DNA of 64,000 bases, from NCBI GenBank assembly GCA_040437565.1, contig JBDOQK010000025.1, positions 124,001 through 188,000 of the forward strand, read 5' to 3'. Both the position numbers and the translations under genes were made by a program. The number at the start of each line of letters is the position of its first letter. Position 1 is the stretch's first letter. The DNA comes from Albugo candida (lineage: Eukaryota). Positions 1 to 9,619 of the stretch are shown one piece after another. Under the pieces are notes generated by a model. That model ran no database searches. It saw only the letters and a program-made list of their open reading frames with translations, and was not told the DNA's origin.

Positions 1-612
1 TCAGTCATCAAAAAGCCGGAGGATAACGTTATTATATCCCGGATGCTGTTGAAGTATGGAGCCAACCCAAACGATGTGTATGAAAACCAAACCATCATTC
101 ACACCGCGATAGATATGCAGAAGACACAAACGGCCGGAGTGCTGGTACATGCTGGTGCAAAATTGGACTTTCTAGACACACTTGGACGCAACGTGTTCGA
201 AAAAGTCGACCGTGGAACACTACGATTTCTTATTGCGCAAATCTATTTCCCTCCAAACGTCATCAGCAGTAAAGTACAGAAAGTGTGCATGCTTTGTAAT
301 CAAAAACCAGCATTTACACAGCGTAAAGTTAACTGCACACATTGTGGACGCATTTGCTGTCCCGAGTGTGCTCCTTTAAGCACGAGCAGTCACCGGTTTC
401 CATTAGGGTTCCCAGGGCGCATTCAGTCCGGTGCCGCGAACAACGAACAAAAGCGAGTTTGTAAAACCTGTTATAAGATTTTGAAGGAGAGGGATCCGGA
501 GCCTAAGAAGGAGCAGAATAGATTTGTCCGACGGGTTATTGGGATCGAGTGGGACGAAGTTAACTCGGAAAAGCTCGTAAAACCTCGCGCAGCCGGACGT
601 CGTGGCGAATAA
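1..612 (+). CDS. Ankyrin-repeat + FYVE-like zinc finger protein (3' part, truncated by window start)
   Basis: Ankyrin signature LLKYGANPN...TIIHTA...LVHAGAKLD followed by CxxC...CxxCGRICCxxC...RVCxxC; stop TAA at 610-612. Confidence 0.8.
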   Translation, partial: SVIKKPEDNVIISRMLLKYGANPNDVYENQTIIHTAIDMQKTQTAGVLVHAGAKLDFLDTLGRNVFEKVDRGTLRFLIAQIYFPPNVISSKVQKVCMLCNQKPAFTQRKVNCTHCGRICCPECAPLSTSSHRFPLGFPGRIQSGAANNEQKRVCKTCYKILKERDPEPKKEQNRFVRRVIGIEWDEVNSEKLVKPRAAGRRGE

Positions 613-729
613 GCCACAGTGTTTATGGCNNNNNNNNNNNNNNNNNNNNNNNNNNNNNNNNNNNNNNNNNNNNNNNNNNNNNNNNNNNNNNNNNNNNNNN
701 NNNNNNNNNNNNNNNNNNNNNNNNNNNNN

Positions 730-1159
730 AGAAAGTGGTTGGGTGGAGCTATCTGCGTCTTTATATATGCCTTCCGTATTACCGTATCTACACACACGTG
801 TCAAGGTGATCTCAGCTAGATCTGATTTTGAGTGTTTATATCCCGATTCTCCTCTTCGGTGGAAAGTTGAAGCTTTTAATCAAGAAATATTTCCAATCTG
901 GGAAACACTGGATTCGATATGCTCATTACCAAAGCAGATTATCTCGGTCGGAGACGGACCAACTGAGCGAGAAGCTCTAATTAGTCTGAAAGGAAAAGCA
1001 AAAATAAATTGCCATGGTAAATCAATGAAACTTCTTCCTGCCCCCAAATTGAAGGAACTTTGTATGGAACTGGAGATTATCTTGTCGAATATGGATCAGC
1101 TCTGTACCTATGAAGGAGACTTGGATCTACAAATCTCATGGGACTCTATACACATGTAG
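730..1159 (+). CDS. Conserved HAD-like hydrolase-fold protein, 5' end lost in gap
   Basis: Open frame after gap: ESGWVELS...VISARS...WKVEAF...IISVGDGPTERE; the GD motif resembles HAD motif IV. Confidence 0.55.
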
Positions 1160-1375
1160 GCGTTTGGAGTGGAGGAATTTGCCAACGTTACAAATCATTT
1201 GTACTTAGATATATACGTATAGTATCCTGATGGAAAATAATTTGATTGTAAACTTTTAATGTGTCAAACGGTTATGGATGCGGTTGTATTGAAATACTTG
1301 TAGTGGGTTTAAAATCGCTCTTTATTTTGTTTTTTGTTACGTGAATCACCCATCTGCAACCTGCACCGCGATCTC

Positions 1376-1888
1376 CTAATTGGCAGCGGCCAGCGCTGCT
1401 GCCAACGCTTGGTGAGTTTCTAGTCCGATTTGTGCGTCGATTTTCTCTGCGCTTCCATCGGCTGCAGTAGCCACAATCGATTTGTACTTGCTCAGACCGG
1501 CTTCAGCTGCATCTCGATCAATATCATCCAATTTGACCAATTCAACACATGCAATATCTGTAACCGAATCGGCATGGGTAAATGCGAACCCACCCGCAGT
1601 GAAGAATGTTTGTACATCTTTTTCCCGTTCCAAGTGTACTTTGATAAGACCAGGTTTCATCTGAGAAATGATTGGCGTATGGCCAGCAGTGACACCGTAC
1701 TCACCAACGGCTCCAGGAATTTGGATAAGATCCACTTTGGTTTCTTTGAATATACATTGATAAGGTGTCGAAAGATTCAAAGTGACTTTTTGAGGGGTAG
1801 AAGTCGTTGTCGAGGCTTCCGCCGCACGGCAGGAAACTGCATTGTGGAAAGCACGTTTGACGATCGCTCGGGATTTATGAAGCAACAT
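1376..1888 (-). CDS. ATP5D: Mitochondrial F1Fo ATP synthase delta subunit
   Basis: Basic N-terminal presequence, then VTLNLSTPY...IPGAVGEYGVTAGHTPIISQMKPG...FFTAGGFA typical of F1 delta/epsilon family. Confidence 0.92.
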   Translation of the reverse strand: MLLHKSRAIVKRAFHNAVSCRAAEASTTTSTPQKVTLNLSTPYQCIFKETKVDLIQIPGAVGEYGVTAGHTPIISQMKPGLIKVHLEREKDVQTFFTAGGFAFTHADSVTDIACVELVKLDDIDRDAAEAGLSKYKSIVATAADGSAEKIDAQIGLETHQALAAALAAAN

Positions 1889-2002
1889 TATTGGGGGAAT
1901 GCCGCCGAATTAAAGTATGCGGCTAATATATACCGGTATTATACCGAAGTTATGCATTCAAGAAGTTTGCGATTTATATATCAAATTATCTAGGAAAGTT
2001 TG

Positions 2003-2359
2003 CTATTTGTCACGTCCACCATTGTGATGTGTGCCGATCACTTGTGTAGCGTTCGCTTTGCGCAATTCTTCTGCAATTCTTATGGATTCCTCTCGATCAA
2101 ACGGAACTTTGGGGTGTTTGCTTGCATAATGTAATCCCAACGACGTAGCATCAGGAGAAGGGGTCTAAACAGAATGAAAGTGAATATTAACAGCAATGCA
2201 GAGTCAGAAGCTCACCTTGCATACGTCGCATATGAAATTTAACTTTGCGGTTTTACGTGTGACAGCTCCACTTTTACCTCCCCCTTTGCTTTTGCTTGCG
2301 GCCGCTTTCGCTTGCAATTCTTTTGCCGTGTGTTTCTGGAACTTTGCTTTTCCACCCAT
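2003..2359 (-). CDS. Small basic C2H2 zinc-finger protein (ZNF706/4F5-like); absent from ORF track
   Basis: ATG at 2359, GT-AG intron 2165-2215, TAG at 2003-2005; spliced product MGGKAKFQKHTAKELQAKAAASKSKGGGKSG...NFICDVCK|TPSPDATSLGLHYASKHPK. Confidence 0.8.
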
Positions 2360-2419
2360 TTAAGTCGTTTTTTAGAACTTTGACGTTACAATACGGAGAA
2401 TATCAATATAACGCGTTAC

Positions 2420-3828
2420 ATGAAATCGGTTCCCGGAAGCGATACGAAGCCAATCAACGCGCGGGATTATGAGGAATTTGCTCGAAAATTTCTCCCGAAA
2501 AAAGCTTACGACTACTATGCTACCGGAGCTGATGATATGATAACATTGAAGGAGAATCAAGATGCGTTTCAGCGAATAAAACTACGTCCACGAGTGCTCC
2601 GCGATGTCTCAGACATGCAAATGCGCACAAGTCTGTTGGGCAGTGAAGTAGATACTCCTATTTGCATTGCACCAACAGCAATGCACTGTATGGCGCATTA
2701 TGAAGGAGAGTTAGCAACTGCAAGAGCAGCCGCCAGAATGAATACTTGCATGATCTTAAGTACGCTTTCCACAAAATCAATCGAGGTACAAAATACACGA
2801 TATTTGAATTCATACAGCTTGAGATTAACCAAACCTATTGAAGGATGTTGCAGATGCTTCGGGTAACGGACTCCGTTGGTTTCAACTCTACGTGTTCAAA
2901 AACAGAGGTTTCAACACAATACTGTGGTGCATTTGGAAAATATAATTGTTTTGTGTAGATCTTACACTCAGCTTGGTTCAGAGAGCAGAAAAAGCTGGTT
3001 TCAAGGCGATAGTATTAACTGTGGATACACCAGTGTTTGGCCAAAGAGAAGCTGACGTTCGCAATCGCTTCTCGTTGCCTCATCACCTCAAACTCGCTAA
3101 TTTCATGGATGCTAAGAGGGAATACGCACACGTGCAATCCAGCGACGGATCTGGTGTTGCCGAATACGTTTCCGCCTTTTTTGATCCTGCAATCTGTTGG
3201 GACGATGTCAAATGGCTAAAACGCAATACGTCATTACCGCTTGTTATCAAAGGTATACTAACAGCGGAAGATGCATTGATGGTCGCAGAAATAGGCTGTG
3301 AAGCGATTATTGTGTCTAATCATGGTGCGAGGCAGCTAGATGGTGTCTTGGCAAGTATCGAAGCGCTTCCTGAAGTTGTGAAAGCGGTCAGAGGGAAGAA
3401 TATCGAAGTATATGTGGATGGTGGAGTCAGACGTGGCACAGATATTTTTAAGGTATTCAACAGCAAGATTTCTTGTGCATGCATTTCTAATTCGAATCGC
3501 GAAGGCACTTGCGCTAGGCGCCCGAGCGGTTTTCTTAGGTCGACCGATTTTGTGGGGACTCAGTCACGATGTAAGTTTGGAACAATTTGATGAGAACTTG
3601 CTTGATAAACTTTTGTATGATCTTGAAGGGCGAAGATGGTGCGTTCAAAATGCTTCGATTGTTGACGGATGAGCTCAAAACTGCAATGACTTTTTGTGGC
3701 ACTCGTCGAATATCTGATATAAGGTGATCAGAAGTGTTGTTGAAGAAATCATGTCACTCATTATTTACTTTGACAGTGTACAATATGTACAAGATCAGCG
3801 ATTGGGATTGCTGAAGTCACGCTACTAG
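2420..3828 (+). CDS. FMN-dependent (S)-2-hydroxy-acid (glycolate) oxidase, 6 exons
   Basis: YDYYATGADD, IAPTA, RWFQLY, LTVDTP, IKGIL, VSNHGARQLDG, DGGVRRGTDIFKALALGA; introns 2786-2843, 2908-2958, 3453-3504, 3571-3628, 3724-3776; ends -KSRY*. Confidence 0.92.
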
Positions 3829-5245
3829 TGAGGCTGGAGAAAATATACGAACAAGATTATAAAAGTGTATTCTTGATGAGAGATCTATATAGAGACTCGC
3901 ATTAAACTCTGTAAGTTGCAGAGGAAATTGATAAATCTGTGCAGTAAGTCTAGCAGTGCACCACCTTTCTTTACTGACCAATTAAGTCCTTTATACATTA
4001 TAAATTTACATAGGGTGGGCGTCCGATTATTATACCAACAATATCTGGGGTTAATCCCATACAACAGCCCTGTGTGAATTCGATGTGTTAGAAAAAGAGT
4101 GAGCCCGTACCTGCGTAAAATCATATAAAGTATTGTAATTCAACTTGAGTAAACGATAAGTTCAGCATCTTGTACTCTTGAATATCGTATAGACGTCATA
4201 ATATTCCTTCATTTCTATGGATTAGAGTGAGGTGGCACCCTGAATGAAAATATATAAGTAAGATGTCAATATTAGAAAGCACTAATAAAGAATACGTAAA
4301 CTTGAATATTTCTTCAGCGAAACTTTATATTTCACCTGCCCGTGAAGAAAGGCAAAGTATGTAGTGGTGCATAGTCTGGCCAGAAATCAGACGTGCGTGC
4401 GAAAATGTGATTTTTTTTTCATGGTGCAGATTATATATAAAAAGGTCAGCTGTTTTCTTCAACAACGATGCCTCACCCTGTAGCTTCTTACGTGTTCCGA
4501 GAAACAAGGAAGTGCGATTATACGATACTGGAATGAATATCTAGTTGGCGAAGCGCGATGCGTACGCAACGTTGTGCGCTGATATATCTAGGTGTCCGCT
4601 GAACGTTGTGCAAACAGAAAACGAGCAGTATACTGCTCTATGCCCTTGACAGAATTCAAGGTATGAACTCGAAAATTTCATAGCCTCATACATATGTTAA
4701 GTTTTTTTTTTCGAAGGATTNNNNNNNNNNNNNNNNNNNNNNNNNNNNNNNNNNNNNNNNNNNNNNNNNNNNNNNNNNNNNNNNNNNNNNNNNNNNNNNN
4801 NNNNNNNNNNNNNNNNNNNNTACATATGTTAAGTTTTTTTTTTCGAAGGATTCAATCCCTTCTTTATGCCAACGGATAATACGATTCCGTAACTGTGACT
4901 TTCACAATCAAGGTTGCACTTTTCCCTCGCCCTTCCCTCGATATATATAATTTACAAAGCAAACCTTCCCGCTACGAGGAGGCTTTTCTCTGCACTTGAG
5001 TGCCAACGACTGGTCTCTCGTTTACAGTATAGTAAATCATTTGGAAAATCATAAATATAGTAAATTGTATAGAGTGTAGATGCAGGCTCTGTCAAAGACA
5101 GTACATTTTCTATAAAATATCTTCCTTCGATTGCCCAGAATCAATCCTCCTTACCCTTTTTATGCCAACAAAATGTTACGACCCCATAAAAGTGTCTGAT
5201 CTATCATATCGTTGACCCTGTATGAAGGGAGGATGGGGGTTGTGA

Positions 5246-6406
5246 GTGGTGAACGAAGATTTGGTAGCAAGACTGGATTCTGAAAACAAATCATTTTCAA
5301 ATTTCACCAAACAGGGTCCCTCAAACACTCTTTACAACCACTCAAGCTATAACCAACAAAAGGGAATCCAACAAGCCAGTCGCATGTTGATCTCCACACT
5401 CTCGGAAGGAACTTATCAAGCATTCCCGTTTAATGGAATTGGGAAGGATCCGCACATGTCCATGCATCGCGTGCTGAGAGAAAGGAATTCTAACGCGTAT
5501 GATGAAGTGATCAAAAGAAAACAGTTTATGGTTCCACCTATTCAAATTCCTTCTTCGTGTAAGATTCCGAGACTTTCAACACCGAAATTGCCATCTCTTC
5601 GGAATACATCGTCGACCAATGCGCTACCTCGTATTATGTCCTCACCGCTAATGAGTACAACGACCGACAACCCTCAAGGAGACCTCATCGGCTCTGCGTT
5701 TATGGATACTCAGAGCCTGGCAAAAGCGCGACCTGATACAACTATCAGCCCTAATCTTGTGAGTATGTATAGAGATCATTATGAATATGACTATAGTCCC
5801 ACTACATCGCAGTCATCGCCACTTCCTTTTCGGTCTGAATTAGTGAGGAAATATGCCATCGATCTCAATATGAAGACCGACTTGATGTCAATGAAACGAT
5901 CAGGTACAAAACGATGTAATTTTCCGATGTGTACCAACAGCGCACGAAGTCGCGGATATTGTTACAGTCATGGTGGTGGAAGAAGATGCTGCATGCCAAG
6001 CTGCACAAATGGAGCCGTCAGTCGTGATTTGTGCAAGCGACATGGAGGAGGAAGGCGCTGTAAAATCAATGGATGTAAAAGTAGTGCTGAAAGTGGGGGG
6101 TTATGCTACAGTCACGGAGGGGGACGACGATGCAATCTGTCGTGGTGCAATGCTCGGGCGAAACGTGGCGGGAAATGTGCTGCACACTTGAATCAGTCAG
6201 ACAGCGAGGATAACTATGGTGCACATAATAAGGATGTAGGAAGAGAAGTATTTTCGAGCACTGGAAAGGGTAGCGACGTCGCACAAACCCTTGTTGATTT
6301 GGCAGGTGAACAAGCTTGCAATTCCGATACACAATCAATGTCGGAAGGGGTAGAAGTTATGGCGAATGATAGAGACGCGTACGCACTGGCAACCTTACTA
6401 AATTAG
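5246..6406 (+). CDS. Protein with four tandem C-x4-C-x9-C-x2-H(GGG) repeats ('WRKY19-like' zinc fingers); start codon uncertain
   Basis: CNFPMCTNSARSRGYCYSHGGGRRC, CCMPSC...CKRHGGG, CKINGC...CYSHGGG, CNLSWC...CAAH; ORF opens at GTG, first ATG about 5384. Confidence 0.75.
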   Translation: MVNEDLVARLDSENKSFSNFTKQGPSNTLYNHSSYNQQKGIQQASRMLISTLSEGTYQAFPFNGIGKDPHMSMHRVLRERNSNAYDEVIKRKQFMVPPIQIPSSCKIPRLSTPKLPSLRNTSSTNALPRIMSSPLMSTTTDNPQGDLIGSAFMDTQSLAKARPDTTISPNLVSMYRDHYEYDYSPTTSQSSPLPFRSELVRKYAIDLNMKTDLMSMKRSGTKRCNFPMCTNSARSRGYCYSHGGGRRCCMPSCTNGAVSRDLCKRHGGGRRCKINGCKSSAESGGLCYSHGGGRRCNLSWCNARAKRGGKCAAHLNQSDSEDNYGAHNKDVGREVFSSTGKGSDVAQTLVDLAGEQACNSDTQSMSEGVEVMANDRDAYALATLLN

Positions 6407-6853
6407 GTATTCTATTTCGCAATCTGCAAGTATCAAAAAATTAAGAATTGGTGACACTATAATAGTGAGATTGTCGCATGTCCGGCAAAAATATCGTAAC
6501 CATCAATTGAATAAGGCTACTTTGTATAAATTTTCATTCATTTCACCGCGCGATCAGTTCCTTGTCATCAAATCATACAAGATAATCAGTCTAATCAGGG
6601 TTAGACGGTGCATTATACTGTCGATTATACCGGATAGCTGATACGAATTTGAACAGTGACTCTTACACACTTAATAGGTTGTAGGGTTTGATAATGAAGT
6701 TGAGAAAAATCTTGCAGACGACAGAATTCAACACACCCGCTACATTGTTAACGGATATATTATAGAGGTCACATATGAAAATCTTTTATACTGTAATGTG
6801 AGATTACATACTAATTTACTTTATATAGCGTAAGATCTCGAGTATGTACAGCT

Positions 6854-6926
6854 TCCCAAATAGTCTAGGTGGTTAGGATACGTGGCTCTCACCCACGAGA
6901 CCCGGGTTCGAGTCCCGGTTTGGGAA
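6854..6926 (+). tRNA. tRNA-Glu (anticodon CTC)
   Basis: Acceptor stem TCCCAAA/TTTGGGA, anticodon arm CGTGG-CTCTCAC-CCACG, T arm CCGGG-TTCGAGT-CCCGG, TTTT Pol III terminator at 6931-6934. Confidence 0.95.
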
Positions 6927-7031
6927 CATCTTTTCGTACGTTGCGAGCTCGTATAAGTTTTTCCTTCCTGGTATACTTTAATTTCACCATACTTATGGAG
7001 CACCTTATAACTACTTTAGACAGCATAGCCT

Positions 7032-7992
7032 TTATTCCGATCCGTTAACAACCTTTTGCGTCAATGACGCTCCTTTTAGTCCAGCTTGCTCGATTGTATC
7101 GTCCATACTGACTGCAATAGGTCGTGGAGGGAATCCTTCAAGTAAGATATACGGCTGGTCGCCGGTGCCATTTCTATTGCGTTCGGTGAGAATCTCGTAA
7201 TTTGTTTCGAGTAATATCACGTACATCTCGATGATTGCGTGCACATCACGTAGGGTGTGAGTCAAATTGAGAGTTGATCGAAGGCGAGTGCCATTATGAA
7301 GACGGATTTGTAATGTTGTAACGGGCTTTTTATCGTCCACGACAGGGCTTTCTACAGCTGCGATATTCCCACTTCTGAATATTGTACCCTCTCCAGATGA
7401 AGCGCTCCTAGAATGGGATATTAGATATCAGTGGATGATTTTTTCGATTTTCTTGTTTCGTTTCAATTACCCCATAGATTGTCCCTCGCCGGAGAATGCT
7501 GTATATTGAGGTGGAGGAGGTGCCTGATACTCTTCTTGTCTCTTATCTATAAGACTTATGTCGACATGTTGACTACGATCAGCAGATTCTAATTCCATGG
7601 GAACCACTCTATCCGATAGAAGGCATTGGTAAACTCCACTAATGATTATAAGCGTCTGCGTACCCTCGTTCGATTGCCTCCAGGAAAGGCCGATTTGCTG
7701 GATCATCACGAGGTCGATACACTCCACCATTGACCGTGAATCCATTCCGATAAAATGTGATGACGTGATTCGGTTGTGTACTTGGTCCACTTTCCGAATT
7801 TGACATTGCCTGAGCTCGTGCAATAATATTGCCAATATGATCCGTTCTTTCTCCATTTCCAGGACCAATTACTGATAGACCGCTTCCACCTCCATGATGC
7901 GTTCCCCCTGCATAATAAGAATTCGGTTGTCGACGGTCTTCATCGTTCTCCTCGTCCCGCCGCAAGCTCGATAAGCTTACAATATTCACCAT
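7032..7992 (-). CDS. p47/NSFL1C/Shp1-like SEP-UBX cofactor of CDC48/p97 (multi-exon)
   Basis: YYAGG...SGLSVIGP, SEP domain ITFYRNGFTV...PANRPFLEAIERG, SHP box FSGEGQSMG, UBX TTLQIRLHNG...GFPP. Confidence 0.88.
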
Positions 7993-8242
7993 ATTTCTTG
8001 TTTATAAGTTTGAAAACAAAATGTCTTAACATTTAGATAACGGTTACAAATAAAACTTGAAGTTGAACGGGTTGGAAATGAATCACAATCATTCCGCTCC
8101 ATGCAGAAGCTTCATTGAACTACATGTTCGCGCAGTGAGTCCAGATTCTTTCGGTGTCTTAATTCTCCTGCGTTAAAGGCAGTTTTTTAAGCTAAATTAA
8201 GAATGAAGAAATAGTATTTGTTTGCTTGTTTAAATCGAAAGA

Positions 8243-9619
8243 ATGCAGCTAAATCTCAAGAAGTTGTACCCAAATTATTACTTGGAGGGTGATAATGAAA
8301 GAAAGGATTCTTCTAATTTGTCCAGTCGATTTGGAGGAATGTCGAGTACACGTCGAGGAATGCAGAGAACAAAATCAGCTTTCTTAAAATGCGAAAGTGT
8401 TTCTAGAAACTTCAAGTCGAGTCACAGGATCATTGCGGAAGATGGAATGGCGGCAAAAGATAGGAAGGAGTGGAAGAATTTGGATTCTGGCGGCGTCAGA
8501 TTGATTTCGCGTCATGCAAGCAATGATGGGCGAGTCGTCAGGTCAAAGCAAATGAAAGATACTCGATCGAGTGCTATTTCGAGCGGGCTCGATCAAATCT
8601 GCTCTTCTCCGATTGATAAAGATGAAGCTGCAAACAATATGATATTTGATTCGGGAAGAGAACGAAATTTCACCCATCGTAACCCAATCATGAATGCAAG
8701 TAGGAGCATGCCAAATATGGTCATAGCTCGCCAATTAAGCTTACAAACACAAGATAATAGTTTTTTTCTGACGGAACCGAAAGACAGTATGCTCGAAAAA
8801 TGCTCCACAATAGCTCAAGTATTGGCATTAGGATCTGTTCTATTGTATGGGTACAATTGTGCACAGGAAGCCAGCGGTATATGGCGGAACGCACTTGATT
8901 ATTTTCAGCCTCGGCACAACGTACAGTTGGCTGCTTTACTGCACCATCATATTGGTATTTCATGCAGAGAAGACCCCTCTAAGCTGGAAGATGCTCTAGC
9001 TATGCAGCAGGAGTGCCTACGTCTATCAGTTCAGTGCGACGATTCAAGGCTGATGGCTCGTGCTCATAAAACGCTGGGAGCTATTTACCTCGATAAAGAG
9101 GAAGTTGCTCGATCAAGTTGGCATCAATGCACGGCATTGAAGCTGGCATTGCAGGCCGGAGATATGGAACTTGAAGGGAGAATTCATGCAAATCTTGGCA
9201 ACCTGGCCTTATATCAAAATGACTTGGAGCTGGCTCTTATTTTGCACAAACGTGATCTCGAGCTAGCATCCTCCACACTTCTCAATTCTTCGGTTGCACA
9301 AGCGCGAGCACATCAAAATCTTGCGATAGTGTACAGAAAATCAAAACAAATAGATCACGCCCAACATCATGAGAAACTGGCAAAAGTATACGGCAAAAGC
9401 GCTTTTCTTGTTGACATCAAACATCATCTTTATGATGCTGTCGGAAATATTTATGCGCAGATATCAGGTTCGAGCTCCAGTTCTCTTACATGTGGCGTCG
9501 CCCAAGCTCTGGAAGCGCTCCTGCGTATCACCGATCGATGTAGTAATCCCGCACTCATTACGTTGCAAGATATTGCTCACGAGCAAATCTCAAACAGGTC
9601 CTATACTTTCGAATCTTAA
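8243..9619 (+). CDS. Tetratricopeptide-repeat protein
   Basis: 458 aa ORF with TPR-like helices ARAHKTLGAIY, GRIHANLGNL, ARAHQNLAIVY. Confidence 0.7.
   Translation: MQLNLKKLYPNYYLEGDNERKDSSNLSSRFGGMSSTRRGMQRTKSAFLKCESVSRNFKSSHRIIAEDGMAAKDRKEWKNLDSGGVRLISRHASNDGRVVRSKQMKDTRSSAISSGLDQICSSPIDKDEAANNMIFDSGRERNFTHRNPIMNASRSMPNMVIARQLSLQTQDNSFFLTEPKDSMLEKCSTIAQVLALGSVLLYGYNCAQEASGIWRNALDYFQPRHNVQLAALLHHHIGISCREDPSKLEDALAMQQECLRLSVQCDDSRLMARAHKTLGAIYLDKEEVARSSWHQCTALKLALQAGDMELEGRIHANLGNLALYQNDLELALILHKRDLELASSTLLNSSVAQARAHQNLAIVYRKSKQIDHAQHHEKLAKVYGKSAFLVDIKHHLYDAVGNIYAQISGSSSSSLTCGVAQALEALLRITDRCSNPALITLQDIAHEQISNRSYTFES

Noticed and set aside
602..729. HAD-like ORF overlapping the FYVE gene stop
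   Set aside because: The frame is carried through Ns; the real 5' end is unknown
5910..6190. WRKY transcription factor or CRISPR-like repeat array
   Set aside because: No WRKYGQK motif; repeats are diverged protein-coding units, not identical DNA repeats with spacers
6821..7003. 60 aa ORF on the minus strand
   Set aside because: Antisense to the tRNA-Glu gene; spurious
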